64,000 bases of DNA, from positions 25,076 to 89,075 of the forward strand of contig CBDCSC010000002.1 of the NCBI GenBank assembly GCA_965221335.1, read 5' to 3'. This DNA comes from Gammaproteobacteria bacterium (GTDB taxonomy: Bacteria; Pseudomonadota; Gammaproteobacteria; Eutrophobiales; Eutrophobiaceae). A program made the translations under genes and the position numbers. Each line of letters opens with the position of its first letter. Positions within the stretch are counted from its first letter, which is position 1. Below are positions 21,305-31,504 of the stretch, in pieces. The notes beneath the pieces were generated by a model, which worked only from the letters and a program-made list of their open reading frames with translations, had not been told where the DNA came from and searched no databases.

Positions 21305-23695
21305 CTAGAAATTATAGGCGATACTGCCTCCCACCCAGCGCGGGCGACCGTAGTATTCCTCGATCCAGCCAAGCACTGCGGCGATGTCGAAAGACTGCAC
21401 CACGTAGTTCTCGTCAGTGATGTTCTCGGCAAATACGGCGACTTCCCATTTATCATCCGCGCTTGACCAGGAAAGACGGGCATTGGCGACATGGTAACCG
21501 TTTTCGGTCACCGCATCCGCCCGCGTTACGGAATGGTGGTGCTTCGAGCGATAGTGGATGTCTCCCTGTATGGCCATCGAACCGTTGAATGCCGGCCACT
21601 CATAACGAACCAGGCCGTTCACATTCCATTTCGGTGATTGGATGGATGTGGTTTTGCTGCCGTCGGCCAGGGTCACATCCATGTCGTTATAGGAAAGACC
21701 GAAAGCAACATCCAGGCCCTGGGCCGGGGTGAGGAACAATTCGGTTTCAAAACCGATACTCTCCGCGTCCGGCGCGCTGACCACGTTGGTCGCCAGGCTG
21801 ACGATAGTGAATGCCTGAAAATCCTTGTAATCATTGTAGTAGGCGGAAGCGTTGAGCCGCGCCAGGCCGTCCATCAGGGTTGACTTGAAGCCTATCTCGA
21901 AGGCATTCAGCTCTTCTTCACCGAAAGAGAATTGCGCGTCAAATTCATCCTGAGAGGATAAGACGCCTTCCGGTTGCGCCAATACCAGCAGGGGATTCAA
22001 CGGCGCATTGAAACCACCACCTTTCACGCCCCTGTTCCAGCTCGCGTAAGCCAGCAGGTTATCATTCGGACGCCAGTCGAGTTCCACCTTGGCCGACCAC
22101 AAACCTTCATCGTAGGCGCCGGTGTAATCCAGCCGATCCAAGGGCGGATAGCCCAGAATTTCAATAAACCCCCCGGTTGGGACGGCAATATTCGGGTTAC
22201 CATTGCGTTCCACGCTGCCGTCATTGGGGAACCAGACCACGTTGCTCTGGTAATGGAAATCCACATTCTCGTCAATCCAGCGAAAACCGCCAATGATCGT
22301 AAACTGGTCGTTGAGTTCATACTCCAACTGGCCGAACAGCGACCAGGAATCTTTTTGTTGCCGGTACGGATTGTCAACACCGACATACGCGTCAGCCGGG
22401 TCGGGCAGCCCCAGAGCCGGTCCGGACAAGCCAAAAAGTCCCGCCGCCAGAAAGGCGCTGACGGGATCGAACCCGAAACTCTCAAAAGTCCCGACACCGA
22501 TAGGATTGCCGCCCGTGCCGGCGCTGTCCGTACCCAGCCCCGGTATCTCTGCGCCGTTGGCGTCGGCAATATCGATATCCAGGTAATAAAACCCGGCTAC
22601 CCAGCGCAGCGAGTCGGTTTCACCGTCAAGGCGGATCTCGGTGGACCACTGCTCGGCGTCCGTATTGAGAAAAAAGTTGAAATCGGCATGGGGGCTGGCG
22701 TCAGAATCTTCAATATAGTCGCGTTCCACACCCTGGCGATCCATAATCACGGTCAGCAGGTTGTCGCCCAGTTGCCATTTCAGGGTACCGGTAAACCCGT
22801 AGGTTTCCAGGTCATTGTGGCCGAGCTTGTCGTAGTCGCCGGCGAAGTTGTCGCCGTCGTCATCGCAATAGCCGTTGAAGTTTGTGTACAGCGCACAATT
22901 GTCTTCCTTAACGCCATTGCCCGCTGCATCCAACGAGCCGCTGACATTCTCAAAGAAACCGGTGCGGATCTCCTGCAGCGAATAGCGGGCGTTCAACAGC
23001 AGGGAAAAATCCTCGTTCGGCTCAAACAGGAGTTGCATCCTGCCGGCATAGTCATTGGCATTGTTCAGGTCATCGCCCGGGTCCAGGCGGTTTTCCACGT
23101 AACCGCTGTTGTGGTGGGTGGACACGGACAGCCGGGCGGACAGCCCCTCTGTCAGCGCGCCGGTGACTGCGCCCTGGAATTTCACCTGGTCATATTCGCC
23201 CACGGTAACCTGTCCGTAGCCGCCGAACTCCTGTTCCGGCTTGTTGGTGACGAAGTGAGCCAGCCCGCCGGTAGCGTTACGGCCGTACAAAGTGCCCTGC
23301 GGCCCGCGCAGGATCTCCACCCGCTCCATGTCGAACAGCATGAACCCGGCGCCGGACATCTGCGAGATATACACCTCATCCACATAGAGTGATACGGGGC
23401 TTTCCTGGTTGGCGACGAAATCACTGTTGGCCGCCCCGCGAATAGCAAGCGCGTAGTTCGCTTCACCGTTCGGCTGCACGGTATGCACGCCGGGCGCCAG
23501 CGCAGTGATCTGCTGGGCATTGGTATAACCCAGTTGGCGCATCTGGTCACCGGAAAACGCGGTGATGGCGATGCCGACATCCTGGATATTCTGTTCACGC
23601 TTTTGCGCGGTGACGATGATCTCTTCCAGTACCTGGGCGTTGACCGGCCCGGCCATGGCGAGCACCACCAGAATGAGCATGCTTCGTTTTATCAT
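21305..23695 (-). CDS. TonB-dependent outer-membrane receptor
   Basis: 796 aa. Signal peptide, a plug domain with a TonB box (…EEIIVTAQKR…), and a C-terminal beta-barrel ending in an aromatic residue (…SIAYNF). Confidence 0.85.
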   Translation of the reverse strand: MIKRSMLILVVLAMAGPVNAQVLEEIIVTAQKREQNIQDVGIAITAFSGDQMRQLGYTNAQQITALAPGVHTVQPNGEANYALAIRGAANSDFVANQESPVSLYVDEVYISQMSGAGFMLFDMERVEILRGPQGTLYGRNATGGLAHFVTNKPEQEFGGYGQVTVGEYDQVKFQGAVTGALTEGLSARLSVSTHHNSGYVENRLDPGDDLNNANDYAGRMQLLFEPNEDFSLLLNARYSLQEIRTGFFENVSGSLDAAGNGVKEDNCALYTNFNGYCDDDGDNFAGDYDKLGHNDLETYGFTGTLKWQLGDNLLTVIMDRQGVERDYIEDSDASPHADFNFFLNTDAEQWSTEIRLDGETDSLRWVAGFYYLDIDIADANGAEIPGLGTDSAGTGGNPIGVGTFESFGFDPVSAFLAAGLFGLSGPALGLPDPADAYVGVDNPYRQQKDSWSLFGQLEYELNDQFTIIGGFRWIDENVDFHYQSNVVWFPNDGSVERNGNPNIAVPTGGFIEILGYPPLDRLDYTGAYDEGLWSAKVELDWRPNDNLLAYASWNRGVKGGGFNAPLNPLLVLAQPEGVLSSQDEFDAQFSFGEEELNAFEIGFKSTLMDGLARLNASAYYNDYKDFQAFTIVSLATNVVSAPDAESIGFETELFLTPAQGLDVAFGLSYNDMDVTLADGSKTTSIQSPKWNVNGLVRYEWPAFNGSMAIQGDIHYRSKHHHSVTRADAVTENGYHVANARLSWSSADDKWEVAVFAENITDENYVVQSFDIAAVLGWIEEYYGRPRWVGGSIAYNF

Positions 23696-23835
23696 TTTAT
23701 ACCCCCTCGGATAGCTGTTGAAGAAACGATTTTGTACCCGAACATTCTTACACAGGCTATTTTAGGACAGATGTCTTAATAGGTCAATAGTCCTATACAA
23801 AATATTGTGAAAAAACCCTTGCCGCTTTAGAATAA

Positions 23836-24543
23836 TTGCAAAATGCGGAACAAAAACCGATGCTGATACGAGAACGCAAACCCCTGAACCGGTCCGGCAC
23901 GGCTACCCAGGAGAAAGGCATTACCCGCCTGATCAGCATCCTGGATGCTGCCAGACAGGTTTTCATGGAAGCCGGGTATACCGGCTTTACAATGCGCAGG
24001 GTTGCCGCTCGCACCGGCATCAGCATTGGTAACCTCAACTATTACTACCGTACCAAGGAAGACCTGTTGCATGATCTGGTGGAATACGTGATCAATGATT
24101 ACCTGGTGGAATTCGAGAGCCGCCGGCAGGTTGCCGGGCGCTCTCCCGAAAAACAACTGCTGGCAGTGCTGAAATTCTGGATTGATGACCTGAGCACCCG
24201 GGAAACCACCATTTTCTTTCCAGAACTGTGGGCGCTTGGAAATCATGAACCCCGCGTGGCCGAACTGGTGGATGAACTGTACGCCAAGGCAAGGCTGCCG
24301 CTGAACGAGCTCATCCCGCAGATCAACCCGACGCTGACCAGGAAGGAGACGGAACGCATGGCCTTGTATATGTGCGCGGCGATGGAAGGCCTGACCGTAT
24401 TTGTGGGCAAGGACAAAGGCTGGGCGGGCCAGATCGAAGAGATTAAACGCATCACCATCAGGAATTTCCTGGATATGATCAAGAACACAAAAGGCAAGCG
24501 CAGACAAGACGGCACGGAAAATGTTTCCGAACAGTCATTATGA
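23836..24543 (+). CDS. TetR/AcrR family transcriptional regulator
   Basis: N-terminal HTH (…AGYTGFTMRRVAARTGISIGNLNYYYRTKEDLL…). Divergent from the TonB receptor gene. Confidence 0.8.
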   Translation: MQNAEQKPMLIRERKPLNRSGTATQEKGITRLISILDAARQVFMEAGYTGFTMRRVAARTGISIGNLNYYYRTKEDLLHDLVEYVINDYLVEFESRRQVAGRSPEKQLLAVLKFWIDDLSTRETTIFFPELWALGNHEPRVAELVDELYAKARLPLNELIPQINPTLTRKETERMALYMCAAMEGLTVFVGKDKGWAGQIEEIKRITIRNFLDMIKNTKGKRRQDGTENVSEQSL

Positions 24544-24595
24544 CTTGCCTTCTTTTGTATCTGTGACAAACTGGCGTTATCAATAACGTCAACAA

Positions 24596-25981
24596 ATGGA
24601 AATACAGGGCATGACCGACTCAATCAAATACCTCTTACAAGAAACTGATATACCCACATCCTGGTACAATATAGCCGCGGATCTGCCCGAACCGCCGCCA
24701 CCGGTACTGCATCCCGGGACCGGCCAGCCGATCACGCCGGACGACCTTGCGCCGTTGTTTCCTATGGCGGTGATCGAACAGGAAGTCAGCAGCGAGCGCT
24801 ACATCGATATACCGGAACCGGTAAGAGACATACTCAAACAATGGCGGCCATCACCCCTATACCGGGCGCGTAGACTTGAACAGGCGCTGGATACGCCGGC
24901 GCGCATCTATTACAAGTACGAGGGGGTAAGCCCGGCCGGGTCGCACAAACCCAATACTGCCGTGCCCCAGGCGTTTTATTCAAAGCAGGAAGGCGTCAAG
25001 CGCATCACCACCGAAACGGGCGCCGGCCAGTGGGGTTCGGCGCTGTCGCTGGCCGGCTCATTTTTCGGACTGGAAATCGAAGTCTACATGGTGAAGGTGA
25101 GTTTCAACCAGAAACCCTACCGCCGCGCTTTCATGGAAAGCTTCGGCGCCACCTGCATCGCCAGTCCCAGCGATACCACTGAAGCAGGCCGGGCGGTGCT
25201 CGCAGAAAATCCGGACAGCACCGGCAGTCTGGGCATTGCCATCAGTGAAGCGGTGGAACGGGCGATACAACGAGACGACACCCGCTACGCGCTGGGCAGC
25301 GTGCTCAACCATGTGCTGTTGCACCAGACCGTAATCGGCCAGGAAACCATGAAACAACTGGAGATGGCTGATGACTATCCCGATATCATCGTCGGCTGCA
25401 CCGGTGGGGGCAGCAACTTCGCCGGCATCGCGTTTCCTTTCCTCGGAGAGAAACTGCGCGGCGGGAAGGACGTACATATCATCGCGGTAGAACCGGCCAA
25501 CTGCCCGACGCTGACCAAAGGCAGGTATGCGTATGATTTTGGCGACACCGGCCACCTCACGCCGCTGGTCAAAATGCATACCCTGGGGTCGAAATTCGTT
25601 CCCCCCGGATTCCATGCCGGTGGTTTGCGTTATCACGGTATGGGACCACTGGTCAGCCAGACGGCTGAACTGGGCCTGGTGCACCCGCGTTCATACCCGC
25701 AGTCTGCATGTTTTGAGGCAGGCATACAATTCGCCAGAGCAGAAGGGATAATCCCGGCGCCGGAAGCCAACCACGCGGTTGTCGCGGCGATAGAGGAAGC
25801 AATAAAATGCAAGGAAGAAGGCAGCAGTAAAGCGATCCTGTTCAACCTCTGCGGTCATGGAAATTTCGACATGCAGGCCTATATGGATTATTTTGCCGGC
25901 AAACTGTACGACCAGGAATATTCCGAGGAAGAGCTCGCGATGGCGCTGTCGGGCCTGCCCTCGACGGCAGCCGCCGCCTGA
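24596..25981 (+). CDS. TrpB-like PLP enzyme, TrpB2 subfamily (tryptophan synthase beta-like)
   Basis: 461 aa. PLP-lysine motif GSHKPN and the Gly-rich GGGSNFAG loop. Length and N-terminal extension are typical of TrpB2. Confidence 0.75.
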   Translation: MEIQGMTDSIKYLLQETDIPTSWYNIAADLPEPPPPVLHPGTGQPITPDDLAPLFPMAVIEQEVSSERYIDIPEPVRDILKQWRPSPLYRARRLEQALDTPARIYYKYEGVSPAGSHKPNTAVPQAFYSKQEGVKRITTETGAGQWGSALSLAGSFFGLEIEVYMVKVSFNQKPYRRAFMESFGATCIASPSDTTEAGRAVLAENPDSTGSLGIAISEAVERAIQRDDTRYALGSVLNHVLLHQTVIGQETMKQLEMADDYPDIIVGCTGGGSNFAGIAFPFLGEKLRGGKDVHIIAVEPANCPTLTKGRYAYDFGDTGHLTPLVKMHTLGSKFVPPGFHAGGLRYHGMGPLVSQTAELGLVHPRSYPQSACFEAGIQFARAEGIIPAPEANHAVVAAIEEAIKCKEEGSSKAILFNLCGHGNFDMQAYMDYFAGKLYDQEYSEEELAMALSGLPSTAAAA

Positions 25982-25982
25982 A

Positions 25983-27293
25983 GTGAACACGAAACCTCCT
26001 GCCACCCATGACATAGTCATCGTCGGCGGCGGTGTTGCGGGCATCCACCTGGCAACAAAGCTGGGACGGGAATTCCGTTCCAAACCGGAAGTCTCGGTAG
26101 TACTGGTCGATGCCACGCTGACCCATGTCTGGAAACCGTCATTGCATGAATTTGCCGCAGGCTCGCGCGGCATAGGTGATGATGAAGTCAGTTTTTTATC
26201 GCATTCGGAAAGGAACAATTATCAATTCCGGCTCGGATATCTTGCGGGGGTTGATACCGAAAAACAGGAAGTCATACTCGACCCTGTCGCGGATGATGCC
26301 GGGAAACCCTTAACACCGAGGCGCACCCTGAGTTATGACACCCTGGTCCTTGCCATCGGTAGTGTCTGCTCCGATCTCGGCATTCCGGGCGTGACTGAAA
26401 ACTGCCTGTTCCTGGATAACAGGAAGCAAGCACAAACTCTGCATCGTGAATTTTTAAACCTGTGTTTGCGCTATGGCAGTGGGGCATTGGCGGATAGCAG
26501 TGATTCCATCGATATTGCCATCGTTGGCGGTGGCGCCACCGGCGTGGAACTGGCCGCAGAACTGCGCGAGGCAACGCATAACGGCATTGACACCCTGATC
26601 CCTCCCGATGATGTCCATATCAGCGTCATCGAAGCAAGTGACCGGCTCGTTCCGGGCTTGCCCGATCGTTTGTCGCGTGCGGTCCGGAGCGAGCTCGAGA
26701 ATCTCAAGATTAATGTAGTATTGAACAGCCGCGTAACTCAGGTAACCCATAACAGCATCGCGCTGGACGATGGCCGAACCGTTGCTGCGCACCTGAAGAT
26801 CTGGGCCGCCGGGATTGCCGCGCCTGATGCGGTCCGGTCACTCGGGCAGTTTGAACATGATCGGATCGGACGCATCCGGGTCGACGATACCCTACAGGCA
26901 GTCGGATACGACAATATCTTCGTACTGGGCGACAGCGCCAGTTGTCTCTGGGCCGGCAAAGACACACCGGTTCCCCCGCGCGCCCAGGCCGCCATCCAGC
27001 AGGCCGCGTTCATGGTCAAACAGGTCCGGCGCCGCTTGGCTGCTCAACCACTCGCGCATTTCAAATACAGGGATCGGGGGTCCCTGGTTTCCATTGCCGA
27101 TCAATCCGCAGTCGGCACATTGATGGGCAAAGCCCTGGGGGTCATCACTTTCGAAGGACGCCTGGCGCGCTGGGCCTACCTGTCGCTTTACCAGATGCAC
27201 CTGTTATCGGTACTCGGCCTGACGAAAACCATTTATCTCCGCATCGCCAGCTTCTTTGCGGCGCGCACGCGACCGAGATTGAAACTGCATTGA
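25983..27293 (+). CDS. Type II NADH dehydrogenase (NDH-2) / FAD-dependent pyridine nucleotide-disulfide oxidoreductase
   Basis: Two Rossmann motifs (IVIVGGGVAG, IAIVGGGATGVE). A GTG start at ~25983 avoids overlap with the previous gene; the ORF track starts at 25857. Confidence 0.7.
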   Translation: MNTKPPATHDIVIVGGGVAGIHLATKLGREFRSKPEVSVVLVDATLTHVWKPSLHEFAAGSRGIGDDEVSFLSHSERNNYQFRLGYLAGVDTEKQEVILDPVADDAGKPLTPRRTLSYDTLVLAIGSVCSDLGIPGVTENCLFLDNRKQAQTLHREFLNLCLRYGSGALADSSDSIDIAIVGGGATGVELAAELREATHNGIDTLIPPDDVHISVIEASDRLVPGLPDRLSRAVRSELENLKINVVLNSRVTQVTHNSIALDDGRTVAAHLKIWAAGIAAPDAVRSLGQFEHDRIGRIRVDDTLQAVGYDNIFVLGDSASCLWAGKDTPVPPRAQAAIQQAAFMVKQVRRRLAAQPLAHFKYRDRGSLVSIADQSAVGTLMGKALGVITFEGRLARWAYLSLYQMHLLSVLGLTKTIYLRIASFFAARTRPRLKLH

Positions 27294-27391
27294 GACGGCA
27301 AAGCTGCCTGCAAAAAAGTAGTTCCTTCACGTTTGCTTGTCAGCATCTCTCCTGACCGGCGCCCGTCTTTTCTTCTGCCTCGAGACAGCCG

Positions 27392-29437
27392 GTGATGATA
27401 CTATGGCAATATATGCTTAGATTTCTTTTCAATTTTGCATTGTGGTTGATTATCCTGCCCTTGTCGAACATAAGTGAAGCTGAGGTTGTAAACTACGAAT
27501 TCGATATCGATTATCGCGCAATCAACGTAACCGGCAAAACAATCACCGCGCTGGTCATCGATGGCAATATTCCCGGCCCGACCATTCAAGCCAACCTGGA
27601 TGACACCCTCAGGATCACCTTCAATAACCGGATGGAGGTGGAAACCTCTATCCACTGGCACGGCGTGCTCCTGCCGAACGACCAGGATGGCGTCCCCTAT
27701 CTGACCACACCCCCTATTGCCGCTGGAAGTTCGCTGACATTCGAATACCCGGTCACCCATACCGGCACCTACTGGTATCATGCCCACACCGGCCTGCAGG
27801 AACAACGGGGGTTGTATGGCGCGCTGGTGTTTCGCGATCCGGATGAGATCCGCAAATATGACAGGGAGTTGGTCCTGGTACTGTCGGACTGGACCGATGA
27901 ATACCCGGAAACCGTGCTGCACAACCTCAAGCGCGATGCGGATTACTACGCACTGAAAAAAGATACCGTTCAATCCTGGCAAGGTGTCCTGAAACATGGC
28001 CGCCAGGCGATTCAGAACAGGCTGGCAGGCGCATGGATACGCATGGGACCCATGGACTTGTCCGATGTGGGCTATGACGCGTTCCTGGTTAACGGCAAGC
28101 AGAGTATGCATAACACTGAGGTGAAACAGGGAGAAACACTAAGGCTCAGAATTATCAACGCATCCGCCTCCAGTTATTTCAATGTCGAGTTCAGTGGCGG
28201 CGATATGCTCCTGATAGAAGCCGATGGCGTCCCCGTAGTGGAGACAACCATAGAACGCCTGCGGCTGGCCACCGCGGAAACCTATGATGTCCTTATTCAA
28301 GTGCGCGCTGCCAAACGTTATGAACTGCGAGCAACCGCCGAGGACGGCTCAGGCCATGCCTCCTATTACCTGGGCACAGGCGAACCGGTTCCTGTTCTGC
28401 CTGCGGCAAAACCCAATCTCTACCTGATGGGGCACGGAAGTCACAACCACGCTCACGGCGGGACAACCCATTCCGGTAGTCATGCTCATATGCGTCATTC
28501 GAGCGAATATGCCGACCTCAAAGCAAAGCAGTCCACTGGATTTGACACGGGCCGGAAAACCAGGGAAATCGACCTGACGCTAACGGGCAGCATGGAACGA
28601 TACACCTGGTCGTTCGATAACAAAACCCTGACCGAGGTCGATAAGATCAGGATAAACAAAGGCGAAATTGTGCGTTTTAATCTAATCAACGAAACGATGA
28701 TGCACCATCCCATTCATCTGCACGGCCATTTCTTTCGCGTGCTGAATGGCCAGGGTGAATTCGCGCCGTTGAAGCATACTGTCAATGTGCCGCCCATGGA
28801 TACAGTGACAATTGAATTTGCCGCCGATGAAGAAAAAGACTGGTTATTCCACTGCCATAACCTCTACCACATGAAAAGCGGTATGGCGCGGGTGGTGAGT
28901 TACCTGCCCGCCGCCCAGGATGACTACCGTAACTCGGCTTTCTACCGTCATCACCGTGACAATGACAATCCCTGGTATTACTTTGCGGATATGTCATTCC
29001 AGTCGCAGATGATGGCCGGGCGTTTATGGGCGTATAACAGGCGTTACGGTATTGAGTTGGAGTATGATTTTGACTACGACAACGAATACGATGTCGATCT
29101 TACGTTGCAAAGACAGTTGACCCGCTTCTTCGCCGTGTATGCCGGCGCCGGCTTTGAGAAAGAGCGCGCCCACGAGCAGAACAGGGGCATTGCCGGGATT
29201 CGCTATACGTTGCCGATGCTGATCGATTCAGAGTTGCGCATCGATTCTTCCGGTCATTTCCGTCTGCAACTGGATAGTGCAATACAGTTGACAGACCGTC
29301 TGCGCTTTCACTGGGACTGGAATACCGATGATGAGTATCGAGCACTGTTCAGTTATGAGATTACCAAGCAAACCGTCATTAGCGGCGGCTATGACTCGGA
29401 TTTCAAGCTCGGCGCCGGGTTTGAGTACAGGTATTGA
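27392..29437 (+). CDS. Multicopper oxidase (CopA-like) fused to a C-terminal CopB-like outer-membrane beta-barrel segment
   Basis: N-terminal signal/TM. Cupredoxin His motifs (HWHG, HAH, HPIHLHGH, HCHNLYHM). The C-terminal ~190 aa is amphipathic beta-strand rich, ends in EYRY, and resembles CopB-family barrels. Confidence 0.65.
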   Translation: MMILWQYMLRFLFNFALWLIILPLSNISEAEVVNYEFDIDYRAINVTGKTITALVIDGNIPGPTIQANLDDTLRITFNNRMEVETSIHWHGVLLPNDQDGVPYLTTPPIAAGSSLTFEYPVTHTGTYWYHAHTGLQEQRGLYGALVFRDPDEIRKYDRELVLVLSDWTDEYPETVLHNLKRDADYYALKKDTVQSWQGVLKHGRQAIQNRLAGAWIRMGPMDLSDVGYDAFLVNGKQSMHNTEVKQGETLRLRIINASASSYFNVEFSGGDMLLIEADGVPVVETTIERLRLATAETYDVLIQVRAAKRYELRATAEDGSGHASYYLGTGEPVPVLPAAKPNLYLMGHGSHNHAHGGTTHSGSHAHMRHSSEYADLKAKQSTGFDTGRKTREIDLTLTGSMERYTWSFDNKTLTEVDKIRINKGEIVRFNLINETMMHHPIHLHGHFFRVLNGQGEFAPLKHTVNVPPMDTVTIEFAADEEKDWLFHCHNLYHMKSGMARVVSYLPAAQDDYRNSAFYRHHRDNDNPWYYFADMSFQSQMMAGRLWAYNRRYGIELEYDFDYDNEYDVDLTLQRQLTRFFAVYAGAGFEKERAHEQNRGIAGIRYTLPMLIDSELRIDSSGHFRLQLDSAIQLTDRLRFHWDWNTDDEYRALFSYEITKQTVISGGYDSDFKLGAGFEYRY

Positions 29438-29519
29438 TGCCGTTGCGTATCACAGCATAGCGGCCGGCGCTAGTGCTGGCCGCGCCGGCCCGATTACCGG
29501 TGGGGCGTTGAGCCCACAA

Positions 29520-31322
29520 TCAGTCAGCCACCAGTTGTTCCCGCGCTGCCCGGATTTCCTCAAGGTCCATATCACTCTCGTCCCAGAATTGTAAAAAGCG
29601 ACGATACCAATCCCGGGACCGCACCTTGTCTCCCTGCTGTTCATACAGTTGGCCCAGTTGATAATGGGCTTTTACATAATGGATGGGAATGTCCAACCTG
29701 GGGTCGGTCAGGGCGACCAGGTTTTCCAGTTCGGCGATAGCGCCCTCCAGGTCACCGGCCTGCCACCTGGCCCGGGCTATGCTCTCACGGTACAGGGGGT
29801 GGTCATATATCTTCAACGCGCCCTGGAAATTGATTACCGCATCTTCCGGTCGATCGCGGCGTAGCAGAATTTCGCCGTTCAGGTGGTAGAAGCGGCGAAT
29901 ATGGGAGCGGAATTCAGGGTCGTTCACCGAGTCGCCGATCACCCGCAACCGCTGGCCGGCATCGAGCAGCCGCCCTTTTTTGACCAGGGCCAGACCGACC
30001 AGGTGCTCGATATCCAGATTTATATCACTTGGGTCCCGCGCCAGTTCCAGTGCCTGCCCATAGCTTTCTATCGCCGCGTCAACCCGGCCGGTTTCGGCCT
30101 GGAAATAAGCGATGTAGAACAGCTTAAGCCCTTCACCCGCCGGATCGTTGCGCAAGCCTCGTAGACGTTTGGCTTCCAGCTTGTGTTCTGCGGCCTCGGA
30201 AAACCTGCCGTGGTAGGTGGAAATCAGCGCCAACTCGTCGTGAATTTTCTCCTTTGTCTCATTACCGGTCGTTTCGGCAAGCAATGACTCCAGGCGCTGT
30301 CTGGCTGCATCAATTCTGTCTTCGAGGGTGTCTGTCCTCGCAAGTTCCATCACAATCATGGGGTCGCCGGTTTTTTCCCGCTGTTTCTCATCCAGCAGTT
30401 GCCGGGCCAGGTCGAAATCACCGTCTCGGCGCGCCCGGACGGCATCGGCCAGGTCGCCATCAGGTTCCGGCAAGCCGCCGTAAGGCAAATCGCCCGGGAG
30501 TTGGGGCGTCCATCCTTCCCGCCGTTCTACAATGTAGTCGGCAAGCAGCGTTGCCAAGCTGTCGAAGTATGCCTGTCCCGCCTCGGCAGTGGCGCCGCGG
30601 GGATCACCGAGAACGCCTATCGGCGAGATGCTATGGGTACCGTCGCGGTTCAGCTTTTCACCCATCGCCCGGAAATCCCCCATGAAACCCTGTTTAGCGT
30701 TGTCCAAGTCGACCAGTTCCGGTTGGCAGGCCAGCATCAAAGCCGTTTCTGTCAGGCCGGCGTGACCGCCCGCCGCGACAAGATCGACTCCCAGCCGTTT
30801 TGAAGTATCGGACAGCGCGTCGAGAAAAGCATCAGCATCGGAAAAGGAAAAAATGTTCATATGAGGATAGAGGACTCGAAGTTCCTGTTCCAGCTCACCG
30901 GCCATACCGAAGTTGGTACCGTGGGTCGGGATAATGGCAACATGCCGAAACCCATGCCACGCGAGACTGTGAACATATTCATAGACCAGGGATTTGAGTA
31001 TCCGGCCGCGTACGCTGATCGTCCCGGGGAAATGCATGTGATGAGGCGAGATGCCTAACCGGATGTTGGGTGTGACAAGAGCCTGTCCGACCCGTTCGGC
31101 TATCTCCGGCGCCAGGCAGTCGCCGGCAGCAGAGTCGGCTGCCAGCGCAAGATGAGGCCCATGCTGTTCGGTGGCCCCAATCGTAATGATTGCGGTCGTT
31201 ATACCACTGTTCAGCGCTGCTTCGACTTCTCTCCATGTCTTTTTTTCCAATTCGTATTGCGCCGCCGCCGGCAGCGCCAGGAGCGACAGAAAAATCACTG
31301 TTACGGTTATTTTAACGCGCAT
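29520..31322 (-). CDS. Secreted creatininase-family amidohydrolase fused to TPR repeats
   Basis: Signal peptide. The N-terminal ~260 aa match the creatinine-amidohydrolase fold (…ITIGATEQHGPHLAL…IIPTHGTNF…). The C-terminal ~300 aa have tetratricopeptide-like repeats. Confidence 0.65.
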   Translation of the reverse strand: MRVKITVTVIFLSLLALPAAAQYELEKKTWREVEAALNSGITTAIITIGATEQHGPHLALAADSAAGDCLAPEIAERVGQALVTPNIRLGISPHHMHFPGTISVRGRILKSLVYEYVHSLAWHGFRHVAIIPTHGTNFGMAGELEQELRVLYPHMNIFSFSDADAFLDALSDTSKRLGVDLVAAGGHAGLTETALMLACQPELVDLDNAKQGFMGDFRAMGEKLNRDGTHSISPIGVLGDPRGATAEAGQAYFDSLATLLADYIVERREGWTPQLPGDLPYGGLPEPDGDLADAVRARRDGDFDLARQLLDEKQREKTGDPMIVMELARTDTLEDRIDAARQRLESLLAETTGNETKEKIHDELALISTYHGRFSEAAEHKLEAKRLRGLRNDPAGEGLKLFYIAYFQAETGRVDAAIESYGQALELARDPSDINLDIEHLVGLALVKKGRLLDAGQRLRVIGDSVNDPEFRSHIRRFYHLNGEILLRRDRPEDAVINFQGALKIYDHPLYRESIARARWQAGDLEGAIAELENLVALTDPRLDIPIHYVKAHYQLGQLYEQQGDKVRSRDWYRRFLQFWDESDMDLEEIRAAREQLVAD

Positions 31323-31504
31323 AGCAACCCCCTCATCAGTAGTCTCGGATTCGGAGACAGAATAGCATACGGATGATTGGAGCAGCCAAGTCCCACAGAA
31401 TTTTTACTTATGGAACCTCTGAGGATTAAATCAGAGTTTCCTTAATATGCTTACCTATGCCCATCCCGACAAGTCCCGTTTATTGGTATTCGGAGCCAAT
31501 GTAA

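Noticed and set aside
21974-23392. 472-aa ORF antisense to the TonB-dependent receptor.
   Set aside because: Shadow ORF of a confidently identified receptor gene. No domain features; repetitive Val/Gly/Ala composition.
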